64,000 nucleotides of DNA from Candidatus Bathyarchaeia archaeon (GCA_038882975.1 JAVZNE010000004.1:37127-101126), one strand, 5' to 3'; shown: positions 19,069-29,825, numbered from the stretch's first letter. The notes: a model not told the origin generated them from the letters alone. Numbers and translations are program-made.

Positions 19069-19547
19069 CGCTTTCTTTCTTCCTTCTCAGCCAAAAAGGT
19101 TAAACTTGTGGACCAAAATGCTATAACCCACAAAGCGTTTAACAGCGGACTTAAAATAACATATAAAGCATTAAATATCCCATCCGATTGCCCAACAATC
19201 GAGTGAGCGAACAAGTAGAAGAGGATACTCCAAATTAAACTCAGGATGTTGCCTAACAAATATATTGCCACTTTTCTCGCCCAAGACCCCTTTAAGGGCA
19301 CAAGAATGAGCAGAAATAGGAGATTGTATGTGAACAATGTTTGGGCGGTTTCCCAAGTTATTGGGATAAGCCCATAAAGAATCACGAGAACGAAAGCCAT
19401 AGTGATCATAGAGCTGAAAATTAATATTTTCAAGCTCTCCAATCCCCGCGCGTACGATTTGGATTCGAATATGGATTCTAGCTCTAGAGGAATGTTATAG
19501 AAGTTTCCTTTATACTTTAAAAAATTTACCAAAGTTCTGCTCGCCAA
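19053..19547 (-). CDS. Hypothetical 4-TM membrane protein (start uncertain)
   Basis: Hydrophobic segments; overlaps both cmk and the GT2 gene. Confidence 0.65.
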   Translation of the reverse strand: MASRTLVNFLKYKGNFYNIPLELESIFESKSYARGLESLKILIFSSMITMAFVLVILYGLIPITWETAQTLFTYNLLFLLILVPLKGSWARKVAIYLLGNILSLIWSILFYLFAHSIVGQSDGIFNALYVILSPLLNALWVIAFWSTSLTFLAEKEERKRWKAW

Positions 19548-20115
19548 AAACCAGCTTGTCCAAAACCATGCTTAAGACTTGAAAAACTTCTTCGGCGGAC
19601 AAATTGTCAGTGTCCAATATTAAATGGAACGGAGTGAAATCCTCACCTAATTTGAAACCGTAAAGCTTCCTATAGATTAATTTTGTCTTCTCTTCTTTCT
19701 TTTTTAAGGCTTTTAATGCCTCTTTCACGGTTATTTTGTCTCTTTTGGCTACCCTTTCAGCCCTTTTTCTAGGCGAAGCCTCAAGCCATATCTTAAACCC
19801 TTTTTCGAGAAGCCATGGCATCGTCCAACTGTCTAGGACTACGTTTCCCTGTTTTGCAATTTCCAAAAGCTTCTGGTCTACAGCCTTGTCAAACTCTGGG
19901 TTCTTCTCCCTTTTCTCTAAGAATGATAAGCCTTCCTTGCTTTCCCACCAACCGTGCTCCGCTGGCTTATGGCCCTTTTCCAAAGCCAAAGCCTTTAAGG
20001 CATCCCCGCCGGAATAGTACTTAAGTCCATACTTTTCAGCCAGTTTTTTAGCCAGAGTGCTTTTTCCACTTCCAGCCATTCCACAAACACAAATAATTAA
20101 TGGTTCCTTTGCCAT
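19510..20115 (-). CDS. cmk: Cytidylate kinase, archaeal type
   Basis: P-loop GMAGSGKST; conserved position after L34e. Confidence 0.9.
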   Translation of the reverse strand: MAKEPLIICVCGMAGSGKSTLAKKLAEKYGLKYYSGGDALKALALEKGHKPAEHGWWESKEGLSFLEKREKNPEFDKAVDQKLLEIAKQGNVVLDSWTMPWLLEKGFKIWLEASPRKRAERVAKRDKITVKEALKALKKKEEKTKLIYRKLYGFKLGEDFTPFHLILDTDNLSAEEVFQVLSMVLDKLVFGEQNFGKFFKV

Positions 20116-20125
20116 ACTAAAAGCC

Positions 20126-20404
20126 TCATGCGGCACTAGGTGTTCGTGCCGCTTGTTTTAGGGCTGCTTTTAGGCAGTTGTGGCAAAGATGCCCGCCATA
20201 GATCCTTGAAATGCTTCTCTTTGTCTTGTTAAGTTTCCTTGCCTCGTAGGGCAGCAGACGAGGAACCCCAGCGAGAGGTTTGCCGCATCGGGCACAACCG
20301 CCACCCTTGGGAACTTCACGTTTAAAATGTACGCCAGTACGTCCTCCGGGCAACGCCTTAAAAACGCGCTTACAACTGCGAGTACGCCGAGCTGGTCTAG
20401 GCAT
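20126..20404 (-). CDS. rpl34e: 50S ribosomal protein L34e
   Basis: MPRP..RTRS, PGGR, CARC..CHNC. Confidence 0.95.
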   Translation of the reverse strand: MPRPARRTRSCKRVFKALPGGRTGVHFKREVPKGGGCARCGKPLAGVPRLLPYEARKLNKTKRSISRIYGGHLCHNCLKAALKQAARTPSAA

Positions 20405-20409
20405 ACTGA

Positions 20410-20877
20410 TCACTCCACACTTGTAAGTCCTAATAGATGGGAGAATAGCGTGCTGAAAAGGAAGGAGCATAGAAGGTACCACCAGAACAGAGGTGGAAGC
20501 CAAAGTAATTGGGGACCTATTCCTGGAAAATACGCCATTGGCGGTTTATTGATATATGTATTGTTTAAGAAGAACCAAACTATCATTAAGGGGATGAAGA
20601 AGAGGAATGACACTTTCATTGATTGCCAAGACATTTTCGCCTGCAGCTGTAGTACATACTGCTGTTTTTTCATAAGCTTCTCCATCTGCTTTTTATTCCC
20701 GCTTTTCCGGGCTTCCCGTAATTGTTCATTCCACTCGGCGATTTCCTTTCTCCAAGCCTTTGTTTTTTCGGGATCTGTTGTTAGACGATTTGCAAGGGAA
20801 ATTAGAAATGATATTGTGGCTGCGAGGAGGAAAATGAAAAACGTTGAGCCCGGAGGTTCTGTTGGTAAGAAGGACAT
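20410..20877 (-). CDS. EMC3/TMCO1 (DUF106, Oxa1 superfamily) membrane insertase
   Basis: TM + coiled coil + WWYLLCS; conserved position after secY. Confidence 0.88.
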   Translation of the reverse strand: MSFLPTEPPGSTFFIFLLAATISFLISLANRLTTDPEKTKAWRKEIAEWNEQLREARKSGNKKQMEKLMKKQQYVLQLQAKMSWQSMKVSFLFFIPLMIVWFFLNNTYINKPPMAYFPGIGPQLLWLPPLFWWYLLCSFLFSTLFSHLLGLTSVE

Positions 20878-20889
20878 AGCCTTCCTCCA

Positions 20890-22308
20890 TTATTCTCCAA
20901 ATATTCTTCTGAAGGCCGGATACATTTCAGCAGCCCTCTCCCGCACCAAAATTTCATAGTACTGGTAAATTATGCCTACGGAAAGCAGAATCCCTATTCC
21001 AGAGCCGAAAACTCCGAAAAAGTCTGATAAGCCAGCAATCAGCCCAACTATGATTCCGCCTAAAACGGTAACTGCTGGAATATAGCGTTTGAGAATCTGC
21101 TCAACAGCCTTGCTTGAACGTCTATAACCCGGAATCTGCATACCAGCATCCACAAGCTGCTTCGCCACCGTTGATGGACCTAAACCACCAACCTCAAGCC
21201 AGGTAAGCGAAAAGATTACGCAGAAGACTATAAGAATTATTAAGTATCCAACAGCTCTTAAAGGCTCATGCATCACGTTTGTAAGGTTGCCCGGCGAAGT
21301 CACAAAATATACAAGGCCTCCCGCTGGAACGTATTGCCTAGTGTTGGGATCCTGTCTATACGAACCTAAAAGTTGAACTAAGAAGTTGTCTTTACCCCAT
21401 GGTTGGCTCCATAGGAGATATGAGAAGAAGTATATGTTTGCGAAAAGTGCTGATGCAAAAATCACTGGTAGATTCGAAACGTATAATAGCTTTATTGGGT
21501 ACCGGCTTCTGAAGCCACGATAGCCAGCATAGGAAAGCGGCAACTCCACCCTAACACCCTCCATGTAGATTATCACTAGGAAAGCAGCTATTGTCGCTAT
21601 AAACCCTGTTAAGGATGGGAGGTTGCCTCTTAACCATAATCCTGCAATTGGTCTTCCATTAATTATTGCACCCGCTAACGCTGGGAAAATTCCGTGATTG
21701 TAATATTCATCCACAGCCCCGCTGATATCGAAGCATTGGAGGAATATCTGTTGTGCAACGCCTGCCATTATGAAGAGGCTTATTCCGCTGCCGAATCCCC
21801 AACCCTTTTGGATAAGCTCGTCTAAAAGTAAAACTATGAAACCAGCAGCTAGGAGTTGAAGAAAAACGATTATGGCTGTTGTACCCGGTAAGGAACCATA
21901 CATCCCGCTTATTATGTAGGCTGATGCTTGTACACCTGTAAGGATTATCGCTAATACCTTGCTCGCCGTTGTAAATAGAGCTCTGTCTTCGGGCTTTGAC
22001 ATATCACATTCTATCATGGCTGAACCAACCAGAAGCTGCAGAATTAAACCGGCGGTCACAATTGGACCTATGCCCAGCTCCATTAAGGTACCGCGGCTTG
22101 AAGCAAAAATTATTCTTAAGGGAGCAAATTCCTCTGATCTTTGAATGCCATAAAGGCTGCATGCGTTGCTGGCCATTACTAGGTATATTATGAGGGCTAT
22201 GGCTGTCCAGAAGAGTTTTTCATTAAAGCTTACTCTGCGCTCCGGAGCCTTCACCTCTGGGATAAAACGTGCAAGGGGTTTGAACATGTTTAAGAATCTT
22301 CCAGCCAT
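20890..22308 (-). CDS. secY: Preprotein translocase subunit SecY
   Basis: LMELGIGPIVTAGLILQLL, GSGISLFI, PIKLLYVSNLP, IPGYR. Confidence 0.98.
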   Translation of the reverse strand: MAGRFLNMFKPLARFIPEVKAPERRVSFNEKLFWTAIALIIYLVMASNACSLYGIQRSEEFAPLRIIFASSRGTLMELGIGPIVTAGLILQLLVGSAMIECDMSKPEDRALFTTASKVLAIILTGVQASAYIISGMYGSLPGTTAIIVFLQLLAAGFIVLLLDELIQKGWGFGSGISLFIMAGVAQQIFLQCFDISGAVDEYYNHGIFPALAGAIINGRPIAGLWLRGNLPSLTGFIATIAAFLVIIYMEGVRVELPLSYAGYRGFRSRYPIKLLYVSNLPVIFASALFANIYFFSYLLWSQPWGKDNFLVQLLGSYRQDPNTRQYVPAGGLVYFVTSPGNLTNVMHEPLRAVGYLIILIVFCVIFSLTWLEVGGLGPSTVAKQLVDAGMQIPGYRRSSKAVEQILKRYIPAVTVLGGIIVGLIAGLSDFFGVFGSGIGILLSVGIIYQYYEILVRERAAEMYPAFRRIFGE

Positions 22309-22317
22309 GGACTACAG

Positions 22318-22755
22318 CTACTCCTCGCTTTCTTTTGCTCCCGTCAGAACTTGTCCTCCAGCCTCCTCTATTTTTTCAACTGCCGATTTCGAACAGGAGG
22401 CAACCTTAACAATTAGAGGTTTCGTTACTTTTCCAGCGCCGAGAAGCTTTGTATAGCCTAAACCTTCCAAGTCTATGAGAATTTTGCCTTTCTCTGTTTT
22501 TCCGCATTTTTCGGCTATTTCTTCAAGTTCTCCAACATTTATAATTTTGACTCCCTGCCTCAAACTTTTAGATGAAGTGAAGCCCTTTTTCCCGAAGTAT
22601 TCTGGCTCGTATTTTATGACGTATGTCCAGCCGTGCTTGTGGCGTCCGGCTCTACGGTATCCCTTGGAGCCTGATTTTCTATGCTGTCCTACCCTTCCGT
22701 AGCCGCAGGTTCTTGAACCGCGTTTTTTGCGAATTTTCCTAAGCTTATGAGGCAT
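22318..22755 (-). CDS. rpl15: 50S ribosomal protein L15
   Basis: RGSRTCGYGRVGQHR, FGKKGF, KLLGAG, AVEKIEEAGG. Confidence 0.97.
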   Translation of the reverse strand: MPHKLRKIRKKRGSRTCGYGRVGQHRKSGSKGYRRAGRHKHGWTYVIKYEPEYFGKKGFTSSKSLRQGVKIINVGELEEIAEKCGKTEKGKILIDLEGLGYTKLLGAGKVTKPLIVKVASCSKSAVEKIEEAGGQVLTGAKESEE

Positions 22756-22757
22756 CT

Positions 22758-23198
22758 TTAACCAGCAACCTTGTTCAGTGGTCTCTCTTCTATGGCTTTC
22801 TTTAACTGTATTTCAAGGACTCCATTCTTATATGTTATGCGGGCTGCTTCTGGAATCACAGCGTCTGGAAGATTTAAACTTTTATAGTATCTGCGTCCTT
22901 GAGCCTTTGCCATCAAAGTTAGCTGCCGTTTTTCAGCTTGAACTTTTATGTTTTCCCTTTTAAAGCCTTTAAGCTCAGCAACAATAACTATCTTGTCCTT
23001 TTCTCTAAAAACATCTACTAGCGGCTCAGGCTCCCTCAATTTTTTAACTTTAAACGTCTTTAAACCTTTATACTTATGAGGGAGCTGCCTCCGCTGATCT
23101 CTCAAATTTTCAAACCTGAAAACTTTCTCTTCATTTTTGACAAGTCTTTTCGCGGCTCTAAACCACTTGGGACGCTTCTCGCTTCTCCGCCATCTCAC
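22758..23198 (-). CDS. Hsp20/alpha-crystallin family protein inserted in the r-protein operon
   Basis: EPLVDVF..IVAELKG..YKNGVLEI. Confidence 0.88.
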   Translation of the reverse strand: MRWRRSEKRPKWFRAAKRLVKNEEKVFRFENLRDQRRQLPHKYKGLKTFKVKKLREPEPLVDVFREKDKIVIVAELKGFKRENIKVQAEKRQLTLMAKAQGRRYYKSLNLPDAVIPEAARITYKNGVLEIQLKKAIEERPLNKVAG

Positions 23199-23275
23199 TC
23201 TGGTTTCTCCTCCCCTTTAACACAAACGCATTTCCAAACAAGTTATAAAAGGTATCGCCACAACAGAAAGGCCCT

Positions 23276-23764
23276 TTAAATCATTCTCTCCAAAAGTTCA
23301 TTTATTTTCTCACCGCGGTATCCAAGCTCGCCGCCCATATCGTAGCCCTTCTTTATCTTACCCTTAAAACCCTTCGTCGGCGGATGCAACCTAAAATACG
23401 GCTGGATATTCGGAAGCTCCCAATACTCAACCTTACAGTTGTATATTGCTTCTGCAAGCTCCTCTAAAGAGGCGTAACCGAGCTTCTTAGCGTAATCATC
23501 CGTCAATTTCTTATTACCAACAAGTCTGCCCCTCTTTTTTAACAGCGCTGTTAAGGTCTCCTTCGAAATTTCACCCCACGTTACGAAGTTTTGAGCCGTT
23601 TTTAACATCCCAAGAAAAGAGGGTCTACTATTGATTAAAATTGCATGGTTGTTCCTTTTCAAGTTTAGCATTTTTAGGGTTTCCCTAACTTGTAATGGCG
23701 CGCTTATTGTTCCGCGGACTCGTATAGCTGCGATACATTTTCGGCTTTCAGTTTCCTCCGGCAA
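23276..23764 (-). CDS. rpl30: 50S ribosomal protein L30
   Basis: IRVRG, TWGE, FRLHPP.KGF, GGELGYRG. Confidence 0.97.
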   Translation of the reverse strand: MPEETESRKCIAAIRVRGTISAPLQVRETLKMLNLKRNNHAILINSRPSFLGMLKTAQNFVTWGEISKETLTALLKKRGRLVGNKKLTDDYAKKLGYASLEELAEAIYNCKVEYWELPNIQPYFRLHPPTKGFKGKIKKGYDMGGELGYRGEKINELLERMI

Positions 23765-23765
23765 A

Positions 23766-24401
23766 TTATTTCACCCAGTCCATTGGTGTTATTAGGCTGT
23801 AGGTTTTCTTTAAGGCGTCAAAAATTGCGTATGCAAAGGATGGGACGGTTCTTGTTGAGCCGTAACTTCTCGTCCAACAATCTTTTATTCCAGCGAGTCC
23901 GAGAATAACCTTTGCAACTTCGCTGGCAACCAAGCCCAAGCCTCTCGGTCCTGGAACGATAATAACTCTTACGCTTCCACATTTTCCCTCAACTTGGAAT
24001 GGCACTGAGTGGGGCTTTCCACATCCACATTCCCAGCTGCCACATCCCCGCCTTATTGGGACAAGGTTTAATCTGGCATCCGTAGCTGCTTTCTCTATTG
24101 CCGTCCGCACTTGACTCGCTTTTCCAGCCCCAAGTCCAATGTAGCCGTCCCTATTGCCGACGGCAACTATCGCTTTAAACCTAGACTTTTCACCAGCGTC
24201 CGTCTGCTTTTGCACGAGGTTTATGTTTATAACCTCTTCTTGAAGGTCTGGAAGCAAGGCATCAACAATCTGGGGCTCCCTTATGGGCAAGCCCTCCATA
24301 AAAACCTCTTCAATAGAAGTTATTTTCCCCTCCTGAATCAGTTTTCCAAGACGGGTTTTGGGAACCCACTCTTCTAAACTTCTAGCTCTATCCACCGCCA
24401 C
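23766..24401 (-). CDS. rps5: 30S ribosomal protein S5
   Basis: [27 protein letters not shown]. Confidence 0.97.
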   Translation of the reverse strand: MAVDRARSLEEWVPKTRLGKLIQEGKITSIEEVFMEGLPIREPQIVDALLPDLQEEVININLVQKQTDAGEKSRFKAIVAVGNRDGYIGLGAGKASQVRTAIEKAATDARLNLVPIRRGCGSWECGCGKPHSVPFQVEGKCGSVRVIIVPGPRGLGLVASEVAKVILGLAGIKDCWTRSYGSTRTVPSFAYAIFDALKKTYSLITPMDWVK

Positions 24402-25005
24402 GACTTTTACCCCCACTCTTAAAAGCGGCAACTACAGCCTTTTTAACCTCTGCAAAATGTTCGGGAAGACCTTCCGGAGAAACCTTATTCTTAAGATATT
24501 CTGAAAACGCAACCGTATACTTTTCAGTGTTTGTCGAAAGCATTTTCGCATATTTAGCTATATGCATGCCTTGGATTCTTTCCTCGTCTGGCAGCTTCTC
24601 CTCCCCATATGGAACATTTAAGCCAGCATCCAAAACGCCTTTAAGGACGGCAAAGACTCTCCCACCCTTTGTTGGAGAATGCAATCCAATATCAAGAACC
24701 GCCTCTTCTATGCCTTTTGCCTTGGCTTTCAAACCACATAAAAGCCCTGTTAAATAAGCTGCTGGAAGATTACCCCTTGGAGCTTTCCAACCATAATTTT
24801 TTAGAAGTTCCCTACTGTGGGCTGAAACCAAAACTTCGTCGCCGTGGGGTTTGGCGGCAACTATTTGGACAATAATGTTTTTGAGCGTGCCGCGAACCAC
24901 AAGCCTAGGCTTTCTGGAAAGGATTAAGGCTTTTCTTTTATGATAATCTGTTTTGCCTTCTCTTCTTCGCCGGTATGGCACACTGTAACGGGAGCTCTTT
25001 GCCAT
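24388..25005 (-). CDS. rpl18: 50S ribosomal protein L18
   Basis: [24 protein letters not shown]. Confidence 0.97.
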   Translation of the reverse strand: MAKSSRYSVPYRRRREGKTDYHKRKALILSRKPRLVVRGTLKNIIVQIVAAKPHGDEVLVSAHSRELLKNYGWKAPRGNLPAAYLTGLLCGLKAKAKGIEEAVLDIGLHSPTKGGRVFAVLKGVLDAGLNVPYGEEKLPDEERIQGMHIAKYAKMLSTNTEKYTVAFSEYLKNKVSPEGLPEHFAEVKKAVVAAFKSGGKSRGGG

Positions 25006-25460
25006 CAACGTTTCCTCCATAGGTCATGAGCTTTCAGAAACCTCTCCATATCGGCGACAGATGTGAACCGCCCGCTTTTGACCATCGTGTAAAGTTTTCT
25101 GTAAGTGCTTTCGGTGATTGTTTTATTAGCCTTTAGCTCGCGAAGCCTCTTCCTTTGAGCGCGAACCTTGTCCATCCAAGCCTCCTTTTTAGAAATTTTA
25201 GCTCTCGCTGCGCCACTCCTGCTCCCGGCTCCCCGCCTCAAGCCCTTCTTCTTTTTCTGGTGGATAATTCTCGCTCTCGCCCTGCTGACGCCTTTCTCCT
25301 TTAAAGGTTTAATCACACCCTCGTGGATAAGTTTCCTAATCTCTTCGCGGGTTATGGCGGCTTCAACATCCTCAATTCTATTAGGGTCTATCCACACCCT
25401 ATCCTGCCCAACCTTTAAGATTTGGGCTGCTAGGCGCCTCTGGCTTTTCAGACTTGTCAA
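25005..25460 (-). CDS. rpl19e: 50S ribosomal protein L19e
   Basis: [20 protein letters not shown]. Confidence 0.97.
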   Translation of the reverse strand: MTSLKSQRRLAAQILKVGQDRVWIDPNRIEDVEAAITREEIRKLIHEGVIKPLKEKGVSRARARIIHQKKKKGLRRGAGSRSGAARAKISKKEAWMDKVRAQRKRLRELKANKTITESTYRKLYTMVKSGRFTSVADMERFLKAHDLWRKR

Positions 25461-26014
25461 TGTTCTTTCTCTCCTCCTTCGCTTTTCTTTGCCCTTTTCC
25501 GTTTGGGTTTCGGTTTCAGTTCAACTGGCTTTTCTTTTTCTTCCTCCTCAGCCTCTTTTCCAGTCTCTTTCTCTCTTTCAGCTTCGGCTCTCTCCACTTC
25601 CTTCTTCTTTTCCTCTTCCTTAACTCCCACGTTCAAAACTGTTATTTTCTTCTTCCTTGCCTCCGCAAGAATTTGTAATCTGGTTCTTCTACCAACGGTG
25701 TGGGCAATCCGCACGGCTTGAGTTTTAGGGTTCACCTTCTTAAGTTCATCAACATTATGCACTAAAACCTCTTCATAACCTGATGGATGGAGCCCCCTAG
25801 CAGCTTTCGGTCCTCTGTATCCAACATTTACAGTGGCGGGCCACCCCTTAATTTTTCTCCGCATTTTGTTGTCTATGCCTTTTGGTCTGCGCCAGTTCTC
25901 CTTTAACCTATCGTAACGCCAGCTTTCCTGTCGCACAAAGTCAGGCTTTTTCTTTTTCAGTTTAGTCCTTATCTTCAGGGCTTTTTCTACAGTGGCGACG
26001 TTCTGCTCTTTCAT
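25457..26014 (-). CDS. rpl32e: 50S ribosomal protein L32e with charged C-terminal extension
   Basis: [16 protein letters not shown]. Confidence 0.95.
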   Translation of the reverse strand: MKEQNVATVEKALKIRTKLKKKKPDFVRQESWRYDRLKENWRRPKGIDNKMRRKIKGWPATVNVGYRGPKAARGLHPSGYEEVLVHNVDELKKVNPKTQAVRIAHTVGRRTRLQILAEARKKKITVLNVGVKEEEKKKEVERAEAEREKETGKEAEEEEKEKPVELKPKPKRKRAKKSEGGEKEH

Positions 26015-26559
26015 GCTTCCATCCCCTCACTTTTCTCGTATAGGTATATGCCGTCCAAGAAGACGCGGGGGTCTTTCCTCCGCACTTTTGTGGCTTGTTC
26101 AATGTTTGCGGCTGTTTGGCTTACTTCTTCAAGATTTATTCCTTGAACAATTACGTCGTCGCCGGAGACTTTCACCTTTGCGTTGCCGACGATTTTCGCT
26201 TTCCTCGGATTTCTTTCGCCAGTAAAGTTTTCGATAAGCACCATTCTGTCTTGGACCTTAACAGAAATTGGAAAGTGGGAAAAAACTATCTTCAACTTGT
26301 ATGTGAAGCCTTTCTTAACCCCGGTAATCATGTTATTTATGTGAGCACAAATTGTGCCAACCAAGGCGCTCTCCTTTTTGCGGGGCCAATTAGCCCAAAT
26401 ACGGAGACTTTTGCCTTGTAGCTCCATTGAAACTGGAGCGTACGAAAAGTCTCTGGTTAAGGTTCCTTTGGCGCCTTCAACTGTCACCTTTTTGCCTTCG
26501 AGGGTTAATTCCACGTCGTCTGGAATTTGAACGACCTTTGAGACTTCAACAGCCCGCAT
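26011..26559 (-). CDS. rpl6: 50S ribosomal protein L6
   Basis: [19 protein letters not shown]. Confidence 0.97.
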   Translation of the reverse strand: MRAVEVSKVVQIPDDVELTLEGKKVTVEGAKGTLTRDFSYAPVSMELQGKSLRIWANWPRKKESALVGTICAHINNMITGVKKGFTYKLKIVFSHFPISVKVQDRMVLIENFTGERNPRKAKIVGNAKVKVSGDDVIVQGINLEEVSQTAANIEQATKVRRKDPRVFLDGIYLYEKSEGMEA

Positions 26560-26573
26560 TTGCTAAATCCCTC

Positions 26574-26960
26574 TTAATAGACGTAGGCTAAGAGTCTGCC
26601 TCCAATGCCCTTTTCTTTAGCCTCCCTGTGGGATAGCACCCCTCTTGAAGTTGAAATTATTAAAAGTCCCACCTCTCTTGAGGGCAGAAACTTCTTCTCC
26701 CAATTCTCAATCTCGTCAACTTTAACGGCGAAGCGCGGTCTTATGGCGCCGCACTTATTTATCCGGCCCAAAAGTTGGACCTTGAACTTTCCGGAGCGCC
26801 CATCATCTATGAATTCAAATTCACCGATGTAGCCGTTTAACTGCATAACCCTCAAAACCTTGCCCAAAAGTTTAGAGGCTGGGCTAACAACGCATTCGCG
26901 TTTATTGCGCATCTCGTTGTTCAAGATTGTTGTCAAGCCGTTTGACAACACGTCCATCAT
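26574..26960 (-). CDS. rps8: 30S ribosomal protein S8
   Basis: [24 protein letters not shown]. Confidence 0.97.
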   Translation of the reverse strand: MMDVLSNGLTTILNNEMRNKRECVVSPASKLLGKVLRVMQLNGYIGEFEFIDDGRSGKFKVQLLGRINKCGAIRPRFAVKVDEIENWEKKFLPSREVGLLIISTSRGVLSHREAKEKGIGGRLLAYVY

Positions 26961-26970
26961 GCTTTCCTCA

Positions 26971-27135
26971 TCACTCATATTTTTGGAACCCAAGTTTTTT
27001 GGCTACTTCCCTAAAACAATGCCTACACAAATATAAATTATAACGCCGAATAACGGGCCCATATGAGCCGCATCTTACACATGGCCTGGCACCCTTGCCG
27101 TACTTTCTTTCCTTTTTAGGCTTCTTTTTACCCAT
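26971..27135 (-). CDS. rps14: 30S ribosomal protein S14 (54 aa, absent from ORF track)
   Basis: Hand translation: [54 protein letters not shown]. Confidence 0.95.
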   Translation of the reverse strand: MGKKKPKKERKYGKGARPCVRCGSYGPVIRRYNLYLCRHCFREVAKKLGFQKYE

Positions 27136-27149
27136 AAAAATCCCTCTAC

Positions 27150-27689
27150 CTAAACTATTTCAACCCCCAAAGCGTCCTTAACAAAAACCATAGCCTCCTC
27201 TGGTGTTAAGACATGGTTTGAACCTATTTTCGCTTTGCCTCTGCGTCTATTTTTAACACGCCATCCCGGTCGGCTTAACGAAACACATATGTCCATGCCG
27301 AATATTCCTATTTCCGGGTCATATTTGACCCCTGGAATTTCAATGTGTTCTTTTATTCCAAAGGCGAAATTTCCATAATTGTCAAAACAGCTTTTGGGAA
27401 TCTTGTAATCAACCACATGTAAAACTTTTTTTAAGAATTCTATGGCTTTCTGCTTTCTAAGCGTGACGATGCAAGCCATTGGCTCGCCCCTTCTTATTCC
27501 AAAATCCCTAATGGTTTTCTTTGCCTTCCTTTTGCACGGCGTCTGTCCGGTTAAATCTTTCAGCACTTTTGAGGCTTTCTCAAGGGGCTCTCCGGATTTT
27601 CCAACACTTATGTTAACAACAACTTTGTCTATCCTTGGTTTAAGCATTGGATTTTCTTCCCACTTTTTCCTGATTTCATCCTCAAACAC
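27150..27689 (-). CDS. rpl5: 50S ribosomal protein L5
   Basis: [25 protein letters not shown]. Confidence 0.97.
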   Translation of the reverse strand: MFEDEIRKKWEENPMLKPRIDKVVVNISVGKSGEPLEKASKVLKDLTGQTPCKRKAKKTIRDFGIRRGEPMACIVTLRKQKAIEFLKKVLHVVDYKIPKSCFDNYGNFAFGIKEHIEIPGVKYDPEIGIFGMDICVSLSRPGWRVKNRRRGKAKIGSNHVLTPEEAMVFVKDALGVEIV

Positions 27690-27690
27690 T

Positions 27691-28449
27691 CTATGAAACC
27701 TCCGGCAAGGATATTAGTGGTTTTATTTCGCCAATTGCAAAAACGAACTCCATCACTGTTTGGTAACGGTTGCCCTTCTCGTCTTCCACTGTTACTATGG
27801 CGTCTTTGCGTTTTTTGCCCTTAACTTTCTCAATCTCGATAACTCTGCCATATCTTCCCATGTTTTTGCCGCCGGTTATTATCACGTAATCGTTCTCTTT
27901 CATCTTGATGTGTTCGAGAAGTTGCCTATCCGGAAGGCTAACTTTAATTGTGTCAAAGGTGCTGTAAACATCTTCCTGCGGGTTTTTTGGGTCGGCAACC
28001 TTAACAAGCACGTTTGAGCCGTCATGGAGATTTAACTGTATATGCCCATTCTTCACTATAGTCTTGTTCTCTATTCTGCAGAGCTTGAAGCCAGCTTCTT
28101 CTTTGCTTATTGGATGAAGGATTAAACCCTTATGAGAGGGCAAAATGCGGAAGTGCCTATCCATGTCTGGAAGCGAGACGACATCCATAATCCCCGTTGG
28201 AAACTTGTCGTCCCGCCTAACTTTTCCGTCAACATAAACTTTCCCGTGAGCGGCTATTATTTTTGCTTCCTTTCTTGTCTTTGCAACGCCCAGAATGTCG
28301 CGTAAAAGCAGGGTTATGGGTAGACAGCTCTCCAGAGAATGGGGACCAGGAGTTGGCTTTACAACCCACAAATACTCCTTCCTATGTATTGGCCAGATTT
28401 TAGGCGCTGGCTTACGTTTAAGAGTTGTTGAGCCGCCTTTCCTACCCAA
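27691..28449 (-). CDS. rps4e: 30S ribosomal protein S4e
   Basis: LKR..AP..W, PGPH, VDGKVRRD, LHDGSN. Confidence 0.97.
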   Translation of the reverse strand: MGRKGGSTTLKRKPAPKIWPIHRKEYLWVVKPTPGPHSLESCLPITLLLRDILGVAKTRKEAKIIAAHGKVYVDGKVRRDDKFPTGIMDVVSLPDMDRHFRILPSHKGLILHPISKEEAGFKLCRIENKTIVKNGHIQLNLHDGSNVLVKVADPKNPQEDVYSTFDTIKVSLPDRQLLEHIKMKENDYVIITGGKNMGRYGRVIEIEKVKGKKRKDAIVTVEDEKGNRYQTVMEFVFAIGEIKPLISLPEVS

Positions 28450-29047
28450 GTTTGGATTCCTCCGCTTTCCTGCGCTTTTTTCCGGCTTTTTTCTTTTTCT
28501 CTTGTGCCTTTTCCTCTGCTTTTTCTTCTTCCTTTTTCTTCGGCTTCTTTGCAGCTTTTTTTCTCCTCACCGGCTTTTTCTCTTTTGGCGGTAGCTCTTC
28601 TACGGCGGGAGGCTTTTCCTCAACAACCCTTATTTCTTCTGGAGGTTTCTCCACAATTTTTTCTGCAACTTCTTTGGCTTCCTTCCGCCTTTGCAGAATT
28701 TTCTTTCGCCACTTATCATCGAGGTTAAGTTTTGTTAGCATGACCTTTGATGGATGTATTGGAACAAAGACTGTTGAGCCGTCAACCTTTTCGCGGGTTA
28801 AGCCTTCAACGTAAATCCTAAACTTTTTCCTATCTACGCGGGCAACTTTCCCCTCGAACCCTTTATGGTCTCCCCTCAAGACGCGAACGGTGTCGCCGCT
28901 TCGCACAGGAAGGCTCCTAGTTCCATAAGATTTTCTTAGCTCCGGCGCTAGAGGAGCCGCAAAATGTTTGTAGCGTATATGGTCTGATGCTTGGAACAGC
29001 ATTTTCCTCTGCTTCGAGGGTTTTGATGCTTGGGTTATTGTCTGCAT
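28442..29047 (-). CDS. rpl24: 50S ribosomal protein L24 with long Lys/Glu-rich tail
   Basis: PSKQRK, GDTVRVLRGD, PIHPSKV. Confidence 0.95.
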   Translation of the reverse strand: MQTITQASKPSKQRKMLFQASDHIRYKHFAAPLAPELRKSYGTRSLPVRSGDTVRVLRGDHKGFEGKVARVDRKKFRIYVEGLTREKVDGSTVFVPIHPSKVMLTKLNLDDKWRKKILQRRKEAKEVAEKIVEKPPEEIRVVEEKPPAVEELPPKEKKPVRRKKAAKKPKKKEEEKAEEKAQEKKKKAGKKRRKAEESKLG

Positions 29048-29062
29048 ATAAATTTCACCATG

Positions 29063-29503
29063 CTATATTATGATGCTGGCAGCACTTGCTATTCTTGGCC
29101 ACCTTTCAGCCGCCTCCTTAGCCACTGGTCCGCGAATTTCAGAGCCTTTCATCTCGCCTTCCGGCGTTATTATCACTGCCGCATTATCCTCAAATTGAAC
29201 CCAGACGCCGTCAGCCCTTCGAAAGGGCATCCTTTGCCTAATAACAACTGCTTGGAAGATTTTCTTCCGCATGTCTGGCGTGCCATGTTTAACTGAAACG
29301 GTTATGCGGTCGCCCACAGCAGCAGAGGGCGCACGCCTAAGTCTACCCTTATAACCCATAACTTGTATTAGGCGCAGTTCCCTGGCTCCGGTATTATCTG
29401 CACATCTCAGAATTGAGCCGGCTGGCAACCCTCTTGAAATTTTTGGTCTTTGACCAATTACTCCCTTTGCAACTAAGCCTCTTGTTTTTGCCTTTGCCGC
29501 CAT
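29063..29503 (-). CDS. rpl14: 50S ribosomal protein L14
   Basis: [26 protein letters not shown]. Confidence 0.97.
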   Translation of the reverse strand: MAAKAKTRGLVAKGVIGQRPKISRGLPAGSILRCADNTGARELRLIQVMGYKGRLRRAPSAAVGDRITVSVKHGTPDMRKKIFQAVVIRQRMPFRRADGVWVQFEDNAAVIITPEGEMKGSEIRGPVAKEAAERWPRIASAASIII

Positions 29504-29504
29504 C

Positions 29505-29825
29505 TTATTTCGCCTCCTCCTTCTTTTCCACAATCACAAAGGAGACGGTCTTGCTTATCGGTCGACATTCGGCTATTACGACACGGTCGCCTTCCTTCGC
29601 GTCTATGCATGGGGGGTTATGGGACGGAATACGACTGCGCCGCCTTTCATAACGCATAAACTTTGGAACATACTTCAGATAGTCGTGACGCACTATCACG
29701 GTTTTATCCATCTTCGCGCTTACAACCACGCCCTCTAATATGCGGCCTCTTATTGGAAGGCTTCCATGAAATGGGCAGTTCCGGTCATTACAGGTTTTCT
29801 TAGGTTTTTTAAAGGTTAATGCCAT
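29505..29825 (-). CDS. rps17: 30S ribosomal protein S17
   Basis: [13 protein letters not shown]. Confidence 0.97.
   Translation of the reverse strand: MALTFKKPKKTCNDRNCPFHGSLPIRGRILEGVVVSAKMDKTVIVRHDYLKYVPKFMRYERRRSRIPSHNPPCIDAKEGDRVVIAECRPISKTVSFVIVEKKEEAK

Noticed and set aside
20327-20959. 210-aa plus-strand ORF and other long antisense ORFs (e.g. 31791-32432, 61439-62185, 25168-25623)
   Set aside because: Shadows of well-supported genes on the opposite strand, with no recognisable motifs
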